Assembly: GCA_040954595.2 (NCBI GenBank)
Contig: CM082581.2
Coordinates: forward strand, 7,896,059 to 7,960,058
Origin: Balanoglossus misakiensis
Lineage: Eukaryota; Animalia; Hemichordata
Direction of reading: 5' to 3'
DNA: 64,000 nucleotides
The notes under the pieces are model-generated. The model was not told the DNA's origin and searched no databases. It saw only the letters and a list, made by a program, of their open reading frames with translations. The position numbers were made by a program, and so were the translations under genes. Of this stretch, positions 38,701 to 52,095 are shown piece by piece. Within the stretch, counting starts at the first letter, position 1. Every line of letters begins with the position of its first letter.

Positions 38701-41700
38701 CATCGTGGAAGAGAATGACAATTACCTGCTTGGTTATGCTCTGAAAAACGAACACAAAAAGGTATGTCGACTTAATGGTCAGGCATGCGTCAACATGTTT
38801 CACCAGGCTGTCACTTTCAGAGTATAACACCCAGGCCAGTCTTGGTCCACACTTGAGCGTTCTGTGAACTTCTCTTAAAATAACCACGTTTATTAAAGCA
38901 AAACATACAATGCAGGTGCATACAATCATACCAAAAACAGAGAACACGAGGGGAGCTTTCTGAACTTGTTTTAAATACTCTGTCTTATTACTTCAATGTT
39001 TTTTCGGATATTCAATATGATAGTCAGTTATTGGACAAAGGTAAGAAGGCCTATCGTGTGCTCATAATTCTGAAAAGGATGAGCCCCAGTTTACGTACAT
39101 GTTATGCACACGCATCTTCTTATCATTGCATTGGTTTCTCTTCTCCCATCGCCCAGTTTGTTTCCTCTCAGCACGTACAGCGGCTGCTCAAGCGAATGTG
39201 GTTCGGTTCTCTGCCGAAGTACGTCATCAACACTCAACTCAAAAACATGTGGACATGCATACTGTTATATTTCCTCACGCCGCTCATTTACCCTGCCGCC
39301 TACTGTTTGGATGGAGCGACGAGCAACTGGACTGGTGGGCCAGACGACAACTTGCACCGTCATCACGGGCGCCGTTGTTGCTGCTGCCTCTGCGGCCAAG
39401 GTTGGAGTGAACGCCGGGTGAATTTCAAGCGGACCGTGGCGGATTACTTCGGGTTCGTGTCCGACATTGCCCAAAGCTGTCCCATGATGAACTTCAACGC
39501 GCACCTTGTCTCCTACTCGGCCTACATCATATTACTGGTGGTGAAGTGCCAAGTGACATACCGCGGTACCTCGTGGTTCACGGACTCGCTAATCCTTGTC
39601 TTCATATGCGGCCAACTCCTCGAAGAGGTCCAAGAATACAGGGCCGATAAATCCTTCTGGAGCTACCTCAATCGACATGGGCACATCTTCAATGTAGTCA
39701 ACATCGGCAGCCAACTCGTCCTCAGCACAGCGGGATTTATCATATATCTGGCAGGCGACGAGGCCGTGGACAAGCACGGAAAACTAATCGACATCGGCAT
39801 AGCACTGGTTACAGTTCTGGCCTTCTTCCGGTTAGTAGCGTAACGTTTAACGGGTGGGGAGGGAGCAGGGGTAACCCCGAAGGAATGGCTGTTTTTCAGA
39901 GGTCAACGCTGTAATAATTTGGCCAATACCAGCCTTAAAGTTTAAGACGATTCGTTGGTGTTCATACAGTTTTAAAATTCAGAACGTGTACATGTAAATG
40001 TATATTCTTCAGTAAAATGGCAACCTGCATGTACACGTAACCGAGTTAACCGCTTTGTGTACTTTTGTATTTTATAGTTTGCTGTACGTTTTGGAAGTGA
40101 GCAACGATCTTGGGTTGTTGCAAATCTCATTCCTCCAAATGTCTCGAGACTTTCTCCAAGTGGTCGTATTCTTGACGGTTAACTTGCTGTGCTTTGGACT
40201 TGCGCTGATAAAGGTGAGAAATATCTTATGATAAGATTAGATGACAAAGCTACCAAAAAAAGTCGGTTATCTGCATAACAAAACGTTTTTAAATGGCTGC
40301 TCAATATTACCGGTATCGACTGTCAACAATATTTGGCAAAACTTACCCTTTAAATAATTTTATGTTGTTAGCATCATTTTGTGTGGTGGTGTCTTTTGTT
40401 TTAGATTTACTCTATAACAGCACCTTCATCCGGGCAGTCAACCTCCAATTCTCATTGGTCTTCCGTAATCGCCAATAGCACGACTGCGCAGACTGGATTT
40501 TCAGGGGACAGTGAAACGTGAGTAGCATCGAAATCTCTCTATTTTAATCTTATAGTACAATATATAACTCAAAATAAAACTTCCAGTATAGATATTAGCC
40601 CAGAATATAGAGGATTTCGATTGTTCATATCTTCAATAAGATATCATCAGTAAGATATCTTCAATTATTGCATCTCAATCACGCGAATCCGGCGGACCAC
40701 TTCTTTATGCATTAAGTGATGACATTACCGGACAACCTTTCTTTTACTTAAGTGTCCAATTAAATTTCTCCACTTGCAGTTTGACCGTTCCGCTGATGAT
40801 ACTTTTATGGGCTGTGCTGGGTCTGGCCTCCGTGGATAATTTCCACTCGTCGCTCTATGTCGTTGAAGTCATCGGCAAACTGCTGCTGGCCATGTACAAC
40901 CTGATCGCCGTCGTTGTCCTCGTCAACACCCTGATAGCCAAGATGAGCGACAGTTACAACCACATAGTGGTAGGCGCTGGCATATCTTCTTGAACTGGTT
41001 TATTTCAGAGTTATTACCTGTTTGTCTACTCTTGCCTAAGTGATCATTTTATGCAACAGAAAATTATAACATTCACTCCCCTTTGGTAGTACAAGTCATG
41101 TATTGTCAGTGAAAAAAGTACACATTTGGTCAAAAGTTTAAATGTGACAAAGCTGAGTTACCATAATCACAACTTTATTTTGTGATCCATCCTGTAGGAG
41201 AATGCCACAATCACCTACAATTTTGCACGTGCCGAAACGGTAATGGAGTATAATCACCGTTCGCCAGCTCCTGTGCCTTTTAATCTCCTCATCTGTTTGG
41301 CAAATGCGACCCAGAAGGCGTTCGTGTATCTGAAGAACTGTTGCCAGATCAGGACCGATGAAAGGGTAGGTACAAAAAGCTGTGTAATTTTGTTTATCGA
41401 GTATCTGATATGTTCATGGAAATTTCACTAATTCTTTCGCATGGTGGTGTCGTGTATGGGAAGGGGGGTGGTTGTGTAAACACTGCTGTAGCTTGTGTAA
41501 AACTATCGGTTCACTGAACACAACAAATTTAACTGCGGACGTACGCAAGTTACTGTTGTCCTTTAACTATTCAAAGGTTGATGCGAGCAGCCGATCGTCA
41601 GTGAGGCCTTTGGTCGATGAAAACACAAGCCAAAAAGAGCTGATGGCAGATCCACCAAAACAAAACCAAGGAGAAGAAGAAAAAGACATAGATAATGACA

Positions 41701-41936
41701 TGGACAGTATTTACGTCACTTTGAAAAGAGAATTTCTTGATAACCATAACAAAGACAACCATAGCTTGGAAACTGTAATAGATAATTTGCTGGAGAGTTC
41801 GGCAAGCGTAGAGAAACAAATCAACAAAGTACAGGCGGAAGTGGAGGGGATGCGCAGTGCTGAGGAGGATAGCTGGGCAGAGTTGAGCGAGGCGTGGACG
41901 TCGGTGGAAAAGTTACTCCAAGATTGTTTCCGTTAG
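35707..41936 (+). CDS. TRPC: Ankyrin-repeat TRPC-like (canonical/TRPgamma-type) channel, divergent
   Basis: About 12 exons. Ankyrin repeats GKTALHLA, GRTPLDYA, GNTCLHHA and GCTLLHSA are followed by YQNLASDMEDLAIDML, YALKNEHKKFVSSQHVQRLLKRMWFG, S4-S5 LGLLQISFLQMSRDF, pore LLWAVLGL, S6 YNLIAVVVLVNTLIAKMSDSY and TRP domain TYNFARAE..PAPVPFNLL, then a coiled-coil tail. The first intron is GC-AG (36185-36469). Confidence 0.88.
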
Positions 41937-42709
41937 CCCGGAGGCGACCTCAATTTTCACTGACTCTTTTCAACATAACCCTCATAGCTCCTGTAGTAAC
42001 TTTGAATTGCAGTTTTTCGTTTGTTGGTTGTCGTTTCTTTGATTTACATACTATAAAAATATTGGACTTTGAAGAAATGTTTCAGTGCTTGAAAGTGTGT
42101 AATTTACGTTGTCTATAAATATTTCAATTTCACGGATGGGTTGGTTGATCATTGTTTCCGGGATCGATCTTCCGGTGTTCTGTGAAGTTGTTTGTCTTTA
42201 TTTGTAAAACACGACAGGAGAGAGTATATTAAAGAGTGGGCGGTTCTAGTCTGTAGTTACCCATTGATACGGAACCAGATAAAAGTGTTTACAAGAGTGA
42301 CGTCACAACTGTATCATACCAGGACGCGTTACCGTGCGCATACAGACATACTAACCCTTTCAAGGTCGAGAAAACCGGACCGTTCTTATTTTTAACTCGA
42401 TAATGGTCTCTCTGTGAGGTAGCATTGTTTGAGTTGTGCCTAGGTGCACGTCGGTCTGACGCGTGGCCCATTTCGGTAAACACCGGTGACCTTATTTTAA
42501 AGAGTTCCGGCCTACTTAACAGTAGCCTGCCAATGTCCCCCAGGTAAAATCTGCTTGTCAATCCAAGGGCAGAGTGCTTCGGTTGCCTTATATGGCCACA
42601 TTATCTGCATGTTCTCTTCGAGAAGAACGCACCGGGCATTGCGGTTTCCGGTGTACAGTCAATAATCAAATCATGTTAGTGTATTTGCGCATGCGCCGAT
42701 GATGTCAGG

Positions 42710-42750
42710 GGGAAATCCCAATGACGTCGTGGATAAACTGCGTATAAAAA
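42710..42750 (+). promoter_or_regulatory. Gene C proximal promoter: NF-kB, CRE-like site and TATA
   Basis: GGGAAATCCC at 42710-42719, TGACGTC at 42722-42728 and TATAAAAA at 42743-42750, followed by a short first exon ending at donor AG|GTGAGT (about 42803). Confidence 0.7.
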
Positions 42751-43295
42751 GCGTCGAAGTACAGGTGGCGACTCCATGAGTAACACAGACAGAAGACGTA
42801 AAGGTGAGTATTTTTATCACCGGTCTCGCAGGTGCCTAAACTTGACGTCCTTTTCTGGACGATTTCGTCGCGGATGTCTCCAATTTTAGTACCCCGTATA
42901 TAGTAAACCTTGGTGAAGTTTTGTAATGGTATTTTTGATCATTTACTGTGTACACCTAGTAATACTAGTACTGCAGGTGTTCGTCAACGAGAACATTCTA
43001 GACGTTCGTCACGGTGTGGTAGGATGGTACTCCGGTGTCTATGAATCGTTAGAATCTTGGGAACTAACTATCAATCACCATTTCTTTCATTTAACAGCGT
43101 TCATTTGATTCACAAGGCGAGTGTTCAACTAACTGTGTCATCACGTGATCAGACTTGAACTTATCTACGACGTAAATAACTCAAACGCAAAGCTTGTGTG
43201 CAGCAATCAGCAATCTCCCATTCAGAGGAAGAAACCGAGAACCCGAATTCGAATACGATACGTCAGTCGGAGAGGCCGAATCCAACCAACCAATC

Positions 43296-45500
43296 ATGAG
43301 TGAGAACGTACGCCAACAGAGAGGCCGTCGCCGGGCTAGCTCAGATGACGCACCGGCCGTGATCATACCGGTTAAACGAGCTCCGCTGACAACGATGCAG
43401 CCCGAAGGAAGCAACATTCGCCAGAGCTACGAACTCCTGAAAAGCGAGTGTCACAATCTGACCAGCGCCATTAGAAACCTGCTGGACTCTTTTGTAAGTA
43501 TCGATCGCTGACTTTAACTTTCTCTTGTCGTTTAAAAAATATCTTTAAGAATACATGCTTGAGTAGTAAACTCACAGTCGTCAACATCCGTGATGCGTTA
43601 CCGGTGTTGCGCAATATGTTCATAGTAATCGATTGTACACATCCTGTGGAAATTTTGTTCGTGCACGCAGCAAACTTGGCAAACTGGGCTATGCCGGAAC
43701 CATGTTCCTTCCTCCTTAACTAATTTAGTGAAATGTAATCTTATTCAATTTACTCGGCTGAGATATAATTTACAGCACTCTGACATAGTTGGAATGTCTG
43801 TTGGGATGATTATGATTTATATTCGGATAGTGTTCTTTTTTATGACCATATATTTGTAAACGGAGCCGTTTGAGTGATATCGCTATGCTGCCACAGTGTC
43901 GGGTCGAAATCGCCATTGATCACGGCGGGAACCATGGTCGTGCACAAGCGTTATCTGTAACTTTTGACTGTTTTACTACCTTTGTTCGGTGTTTCAATGG
44001 CAGTTTCGTGTCCGAATCCCGAAGCATTGTGAATTATAGACACATGCTTTCAAAGCGACCTCGACCCCGAGTCGCCCCGTTTATCAGCGACCCCCAGCGG
44101 TATCAGTTAGACACGCACGGCGACTGTGATGGATTGTTTCGAGCACGCGGTCAAGCGACTATAAGGAAATATGAAACACTTTTATGAAATCACTTTTTAA
44201 AATAGCTGCTATCTTAAGGACTATGGAATGTGATAACGCCGTGGCCGCCAGTGGTTACATGCCATTGAATGCAACAAAACCGAGTCACCAATACGCTTTT
44301 AGCTCTGACATGAACATGTACGTTTCAAATAATTAATTAAGAGACAAAACGTTATAATACCGTACAGTGATAGTAAATTCTGACGTAATTTATCTTTCCT
44401 ATTTCTCTTTGCAGAATGGTTCGTCATTAACCGATCCGCCAAAGTTGCCAACTCCGATTCCAAGAATGCATGTATTCAGAAAACCGGTAAGTGTATTAAC
44501 TTTTAATGAAACCTCTTTCTTTATAGCTGTAAGGCATTGCAAGTGTGATGAGGTTAGATTACACGCAGCTGTAATGTAACTTTCATTAAAGCGCACGGTT
44601 TGAGGTCGCGTGGTTTCGTGCAATGTGATGCCGTGTCGCCTGAGGTATGATTTGATATATACAGATCGAAAGGTGCACACGCTTGAGGCGCACTCTATGA
44701 CCCCATGATATAGCGCCTCGAGCGGCGGGTTCTTCAATAAATATACTCATCATTTGGCCTATGGGGTCGTGAAACGTACCGTGATCGTCCTGTTGTTTCT
44801 AATAATAAAAGAATTTGGGGTTCAGGGTGACAATCAGGCGTCTGCGCAGGGGAGGGGGCGCACCTCACTATGATCTTGAGCTGTCAGAATCACGAAGTGG
44901 TGAGCAATGGTCATTTGTGACTACATGCATATACCTGCCGAAATCAAAATCTAAACTTTCAAAACACATTTTTTACCGATTCAGGAGAAGGAGATAATAC
45001 TACAGCACAGGGATGATCTTGGTGTGTACAAATCGTGCATGGAGAGTCTACAGACCATGGTACCAGCTGACCTCCAAGAGGAGTTTCGGACGCTGTCTCT
45101 GTACACACACCGTGTGATAGTGAAATTCAATTCAGTGGTAAGTTGTTGGTGCAATTACAGTTGGCCCTTCATAATAGAATGTCCCCATTGTCGGCTTCTG
45201 GCTTCTGGCTCGGCACTAAAACTTGTCAAGCTCGCGTCCAATGCCCCTTTGCTGTCTGGAACACAGAGAAGAATACCTATTTAATGTCGTTCACTATGAT
45301 TAACAATTACATCGTTGTTGTCGTTTTTTCAGTTGTTACACGTGTCCCAGTCGACGGTGGAGGCAGACAACTCGCCAGCCGCAATATCAGACGACGTCAA
45401 CGACAACGACACTTACAGTATCCTGCAAATGTTCTACGATTACCAGGTGCCCTGCTTTAGAAACGTGGAATTCTACGCACAAAGGCATGCCCGCAAATAA
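43296..45500 (+). CDS. Gene C: four-helix cytokine-like protein, about 196 aa, no signal peptide found
   Basis: Exons are 43296-43493, 44415-44486, 44985-45137 and 45333-45500 (phase 0); the 72-nt and 153-nt exons match gene A's exon lengths. EKEIILQHRDDLGVYKSCMESL..EEFRTLSLYTHRVIVKFNSV aligns with D/E/F (ERE.L..HRNNFQIF..EYRTV..RVIVKLNSL). Helix D reads TYSILQMFYDYQVPCFRNVEFY. The N-terminal start is uncertain. Confidence 0.78.
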
Positions 45501-46713
45501 CCGGACTGTCGCTAGTGACAAGTACACGTTTTGTAAGCTGATTGGTTGACGGCTTTACCAGTGGCTGTCGACCAACCAATCAGCCGCGACTAATTTCAAA
45601 GTGAAATGTTGCCAGTTATGCATTTTTAACTTTCTTCGAATTTTGCAATGAGATAGGTAAAACTTGCAGGATGGTGCCTTGTTATTTATTATTTATTACT
45701 TATACAAAGGCCACACGATATTTATCAAAAATATATACGTTTGAAAACGTCACCACAACGGTATTAATTTTAAACAGTATTGTTTCTCAAGTTATGTTTT
45801 TTATATAAAGACTTGCATTTTACATATCCGTTTGTTAAGTGTCCAGCGTAAGGACTTAAAGTCAAGTCAGTGAATTGTGTGCTATTTTTTGTTGGAGGGG
45901 GTACATAACTGGTACATAACCAAATACGGGCCTAACAAGTGCCTCTACAAAACTGTATAGCTGAATTGAAGTTTAACATTTAAAATATATATTCAGCAAA
46001 ATGTTATGTGATATTATATATCATTTTATGTAAACGTAAGCTTTAAAAACACTGCCATTGTAATCCATGTTTATTTAAGTTAAAAATTGTAATGCTATAC
46101 GAATTCTTCAGTTCGTATATTTAAGTAAAACTGCCATTATTGAATGCGTAAGTTGCATATTAAGGAGATTTGCGAACAAATAAATACACATAGCGGATTT
46201 ACTAAAACTTCCAGAGACGACTGTCGTCACTATTTTTAAGGAAAATATTTTATTCCAGAGCAAATAAATGATTTTTAAAGCTAGATCAATTGTCTGAAAT
46301 GTTGAATATGTTCATGTCGGGCATGGGCAACGATATCAATCGCGTTAAACGTTGCCAGCGCTGTGGGGATGATGCTGCTGTCGCTGAGACTCAAGTTTCG
46401 ATATTTTGTTGTGTGAAATAGATTTGTAAATAGATATCGTGGAACTGATAGTGACGATTCCCATAAATCTATCAACGCTCATCAAAGATGGAGAAGACAT
46501 GGTTTAGATTTACGGATACTGGCGTGGTCCGCACGAACATCTGTAGCTGTACATACAGACTGTAGACTCTCTGACAGCCCCTCTAGCCGCCTACGCAGAC
46601 TTTATCGAGATCTGCTTGAATCGAGACTGGGCAAATACAATCAGATACGGCTTTTCTATTGAATAACGCCCCCAATCGGCCTGACCCGCCTTGAACCAGG
46701 AAGTGGGTGTCAT

Positions 46714-46815
46714 TTCCAGGAAATCAGGCCGGGTTCGTTTAGACGAAGCGAATGTAGCACACTTTCTACGAAATGGTTCGTTGTCGCTTCGCTGAAATCC
46801 TCCGAAAGAGAAACC
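46714..46815 (+). promoter_or_regulatory. GAS-GAS-ISRE module upstream of gene D
   Basis: TTCCAGGAA at 46714, TTCTACGAA at 46764 and GAAAGAGAAACC at 46804. The same order is conserved at 55897-55997. Confidence 0.65.
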
Positions 46816-48236
46816 GTATGAACTATTCATCAAACACGTCTGCTGCTGGGACATGAATCGCCCCTGTGATCGAGAGTGGAAGCGTATTTAATGGATCCTA
46901 TCATCGGTATTGTGCAGTTCATCAACAGAGTCCCGAGTAGAACATGGCATCCGTCTTCCAGGTTAAACGTTGCTGCATACATGAAGCTGTGGCGCGCAGC
47001 CCTTCGTTTAGAGGGCACTTTGCGCTCTATCTCTACGTTCATTTTCTCTTTCGTGTGTGAATTGCATGGGATTGCGGATGATGTAACCACACTTAGGCCT
47101 AGTTTCGCTTTCGCACGATGAAAGGTTTGCGTTGGCCGGTCTCTCTGTTCCCGGGAAATCATTACTCTCTTCCCGATGTTCAGCGTACTCACACCCCGCT
47201 GTAAAATGTTGAGTCTACAGTAGGGTCCGTAGACTGTCTTTGATCTCCACGGTATTAAGGAGACTGGTCCAGTGATATTGTTTCAGCCGATGTCATTCGC
47301 CGGCGACAATTGCGGCGGATCAATCTTCAAGAAAATCGCGAGTAGGCTAATACCTTACAGTCTGATGATATTGTAGTCGACAGACCCCCTCCTGGAGAAT
47401 CGATGACGAGGACAGTTGAACTTGGACTGGTGTATTTTTTTCCACACGGACCACTAACTTCACAACCACCCGGAACGATTTCAACCACTCCGCATCGTAG
47501 CTGCTCGCCGGCCTGCCATAGGCTTAAGTATCACATGGAATTTCCGTGATGCTACACAGTAGCAGCATCCGGTAGGTAAAAAAAACCCTGTCGACAACGA
47601 GAAAGTGGACAGTGGTATTAAACCTACTCACCTATTTTCTCATCCCGGCATTCCCGAGAAGACCTGGAAATACCACAGGGTTGGCAGGTGACGCTAAGGA
47701 AAGCGCTAGTAGTAGTATTTAGCTGTGTACTGACTGCCCGCGGAAACAAACCCCGCAACCGCAGAGTTGGCCGCCGTGGTTACACGCAACGGATACCACT
47801 GTGGAGTCCGAACATGTAAGCAGGTAGCTTTCAAGAAAAAAAGCACCGAAGTTATGCCACTGGTAAGATATATGTAATGATACATCATGGGGAGGGGATA
47901 CACTATATTAGACCTCTGCAGTAGAACACAGTGTTGAAAGAGCCAATGCTATAAGTGCCATGAGGATCCCCTCTTTTGGTTTTCCAATGATTCACATTTT
48001 GGGGGGCGCCCCCTGACGACGACTTCTGCTCACTTTTACTTTTGACGTCACATTTGCTAAGGGTATTGTAAAATTGTGACGAGTAGAATGAGTGGGACTG
48101 ACATAACATTTTGGAACCCACATGATCTAGTATTTTGGTCGCACAATTAAGAAATTTCCCCAGTGTCATGTCCCCCCAAATAAACGCCCGGCATTTTACA
48201 TGTATGTACGACAAACTCTCCGCATGGATCAGTTGA

Positions 48237-50350
48237 ATGATAGCCCCAGCCTTGATTGAGACCTCAGCAAAAATGCTCCGCTCAAGCGTCTTAACTTTAC
48301 TATGTACGAAATTCATGCTTTATATTTTACACATCTTGGCATTTTCCGTCACATTTTCTTACACAACTACATGTATGCATGATATTCAGTCTCTCCTCAT
48401 ATCGTGAGTGTTGGCAAAGTTGTGTCATGTGGAAATCATTACTTGTCGTTATTTGGACTGCAGGCGCGAATTTAGTGCTTAGACATCCTCCAGGCTGGTC
48501 GTAAATTTGTTAATTGTTTTATCGACGGCCTGGATCGCGATTGTTAGCATTGCTCAGACCTCGAACGTTGCTAAAAGTGATTTTTCTCCGCCGTTTCACA
48601 GGCTTCGTCACCGGGTCGGTACTACTTGGAGCAGACAATTTACTGGCGGAAGGGGCGACGATACCTCCCGTCTCCAGCAGCGCCCCGCAGCTCACGAAGC
48701 CGCCGAGGGATCCCCGCTTGCAACAAATGTACGTTCGTCTCTGTCTTGAAACCCTCGTGTTGCAACAAGTGAACAAGGATGCGTTCGATAAAATGGTAAG
48801 TTTACGATCCTGATCGAATTGCGGAGTCTTTGACTGAATGACTTTCTGGCCAGGACAGTGACTTGTCAATTGAATGGCCGGCCGCTCGCCTTCATCCTCT
48901 GAGTCGGCCTAATTGTGTGGAGATCAATGATATCTCTGGCCACCAAATATACTATGAATTGAATTCTAGTTTTAATCGGTGAAAAGATGCTTTCTTGGCC
49001 ATATGAAACTTAGCCTTAAAGACCGAGTTAATTTCTCTGACCGTGTGTATAGTGCCATATCAGACTCAAATCCGACCCTCCACCAAATTGCCATCAATGG
49101 ATGAAGGTCAGCGCGACCAAAAACCACAGAGAAAAGCACAAGCACAGAAAGTACAATAACAAACTCGTAAATCTGCCAACTAAGTTGGTTATTATGTAAT
49201 ACTTAAATGGCGAAAAGTATAGGGTGCACTTTACCGGGTGTCACGTTGGCCTTTTGCTATTTAAGATAAATAGTCAAATTTCACTATTTACTCCAACAAG
49301 TTGTGCCGTTGCACCTTTTTTGCAGAAAGAAGAAAGATTTAATGATCCGGATGTTGACCGCGAATCAGAAATTTTCACTATTCCGGGCATCCCCCATCCA
49401 GTCGGCCGACGGCAAGCTCTCACCATGAAAGTACGTATACCCTACATGTATATGGACCCTTTTCAACGCCACAGTCAACTTGTCGTCATCTTTCCAAAAA
49501 TAAACCTCTAGAACTTTTTCCACATTTCCCCTCCAATCTGTTATATTCTTTTACCTCCTCTATGGTTATGTTTTAGTGTACGACATAATTTTCCTCTCAA
49601 GTTCCCTCCTCGGACGAGGACGCTCAACAAGATATTTGACACCATTCGCCGCATAGTTTTTATTAAATCTTTCATTTTTGCACTTTGCCCACAGGAAAGG
49701 GAATCGCTGGTTATGCACAGAAACAATTTTCAGATATTCCAAAGATTCGTCCAAGTTCTCTACCTGGAAGAACAGGCTAAAATGGACAGCAACAACACCC
49801 TCTTTGCAGAGTACCGCACAGTGAACAGAGGTCTGTTCAGAGTTATCGTCAAACTCAACAGTCTGGTAAGTTGAATGCTGTTTTGATCTTGTAAGAAGGA
49901 CAGAGGGGAGGGGGGAGAGGAAGAGAGGGGCGGTGATAGATACAAGGAACAGTGATACATGGCCATCACAAACGCCGACAGACATCTATATACGCATAAA
50001 ATAGTTAAATGCAGAAAGTTATACGACTCTCGATATGTGTTTTTTGTCCATGACGCTTTGTTTATTTTTATATCAACGATAGATGTCATTTTATTAACAC
50101 TATAATAATGACTGTATCTTGTGTTTCCTCTTTCGTTCAGCTGTATCATCTCGGTTTCGTCGATGATGCATGGAATCCTGACATCCCCGAAGATGACGAC
50201 GTGTTACGTTTTATTACCAACCAGAATCTGAGAGACCTCAGAGCTTTGAAAGTTCTCGAGGGCCTCTACCTCTACGCCCCTGTCGCCAGTTTCGATTTCA
50301 CTCGCCGTGCCTACACTTCAGAAGACTCGCAAGAGGAAGTGGACGATTAA
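48237..50350 (+). CDS. Gene D: secreted IL-11/CNTF/CLCF1-like four-helix cytokine-like protein, about 248 aa
   Basis: Exons are 48237 (or 48273)-48303, 48602-48795, 49326-49430, 49695-49865 and 50141-50350, with phases 1,0,0,0. Signal MLRSSVLTLLCFVTGSVLLGADNLLAEG; helix D RDLRALKVLEGLYLYAPVASFDF. It is a clear paralog of E and F. Confidence 0.82.
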
Positions 50351-51200
50351 ACCGGGGGCGCGCCCCCGTCGATTGGCAGGCTTGACGTTGCTTCAATTTC
50401 CACGTTTGACATACTGGCCTATCAGCGCCAGTTTCCCCACGTTACAAGCTGATGAATAGTGCTAAGCAGTATTTTTTAATATTTTTATATCGGATATTTG
50501 ATTTTATATATCGGTACATATCGCACCGACCAATTATTGACTCATTTTGTAAGGCCATTTGGCGCCGACGGAAATTTATAACTTTGAGTAATACTAGAGA
50601 GTCAGATATAAACTTGTATTTTCACACATTTTTGGAAAACTATTTATAAGAATTTTACAAGGAGTTAAATATCAGGAAAAGTAAGTTTTCAGATATCCTT
50701 ACTCAACATATTAAAATGTTATTTATTTATTTATTTATTTACAATATACACTGATGTCAAAAAGTCACATGTAAGCCACTATAAATTGAATCCCATGGAG
50801 TCAGCGGTTGGCAATATTAAGTAGTGTTGTTTTGAACACGAATATTAAACGAAAAAAGCTGTGTTTTCCTATGTCGAGAAAATACAAATGTAAAGTGAAC
50901 TTCTTGGGAAGTCCACCCACATACTTCTATATTTATAAAATACATGTACTGTAGTGCATACTGCTGTATTTATGGCAAGTTTCGTTTGGTCAATTTACGT
51001 GAAAATGTTATATTTTGACACGTGAATGTGTAATCGGTCTTTGTATGTTCTCATATACATATTATTAATAAAACGTCTTTTGTCGATATCAAATGTGTAC
51101 ATGATTTGCGTTTTGACAACTGCAGGACACAAGAAATTATTGTGCTGTCAATCGGTGTCGAGATCTAAACGGTGACCTATTTATTAAGAGAGTCATAACT

Positions 51201-52095
51201 GAAAGTGAAACTTAATAATGTACATTTGTATATAACTTATTGTACAGCTGCTGTGATCCCCAGCTTCTGCTGCGAAAAATAGCTCGACCCGTACCTACAG
51301 CATTTGAGTCGTTAATATGTCTTAGAACATCTGCTCACATTGTTCAGTCGGTCTCATTCATGTGTTCACTCACATCATACATGACCTACTTCTGGAAATG
51401 AAAAGTTCAACCTTCGTTCTCTCGCGCGGCGTATTCACGTCTCAAAATAAAAAAATCTCATCCCGCGAGATTGATGTGATACTAGTAGTGGTTGATGTTG
51501 GATTGCCAATCAGTATCCCTATTACCAATTCGACGTATAATTAAAGCAAAAAAGCTCGAAAACACAAGACAATCATCTTCTTATCAGTATATATTGTATC
51601 ATTCTAATCTGCGCTCATGGATTCTAATTTGAGGATATACAGGTGAAAAATTTGAAAAAAATCACAAAATGAGCAAGGTCAATTTCCAGCACATGGGAAA
51701 CTCTGCACGGGGAAACTCTTTTAAAGGACTACCGGGAAAATCCGACTGAGGAAATGCCATCTGGGACCATCGTTAGAGAGGTTGCTAGGCGTTGCTGTGG
51801 ATGCGTGTGTTACGCAATACACATACTACATGTATATTGATTTTTTTCGACATTTCGGAAAATATGCGGGTCGCATTTTTAAATGGATGCATAATAGGAG
51901 ATTAGGGATTAATCGGAGTGCCATTTCAGATTACTAGACAAAATCCCACACATCTTGGCGTAATGTACAAGGTGGAAACCCCACATGAAATAAATCTGTG
52001 ACGTCTACTCAACGTCACTTCCGTCGTTATTTTATGACTCATTCACAATGAGGGATGCCGGAAACAGTAGACTGTTTTATATTTACTTTCACTTT
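51201..52095 (+). promoter_or_regulatory. Intergenic D-E regulatory block: ISRE, kB cluster and CRE/AP-1 module
   Basis: GAAAGTGAAACT at 51201-51212. kB-like GGGAAACTCT (twice), GGGAAAATCC and GGAAATGCC at about 51696-51760, and GGAAACCCC at about 51974. TGACGT, TGACTCA (52035) and GGGATGCC follow, with IRF-like ACTTTCACTTT at 52085. Confidence 0.55.
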
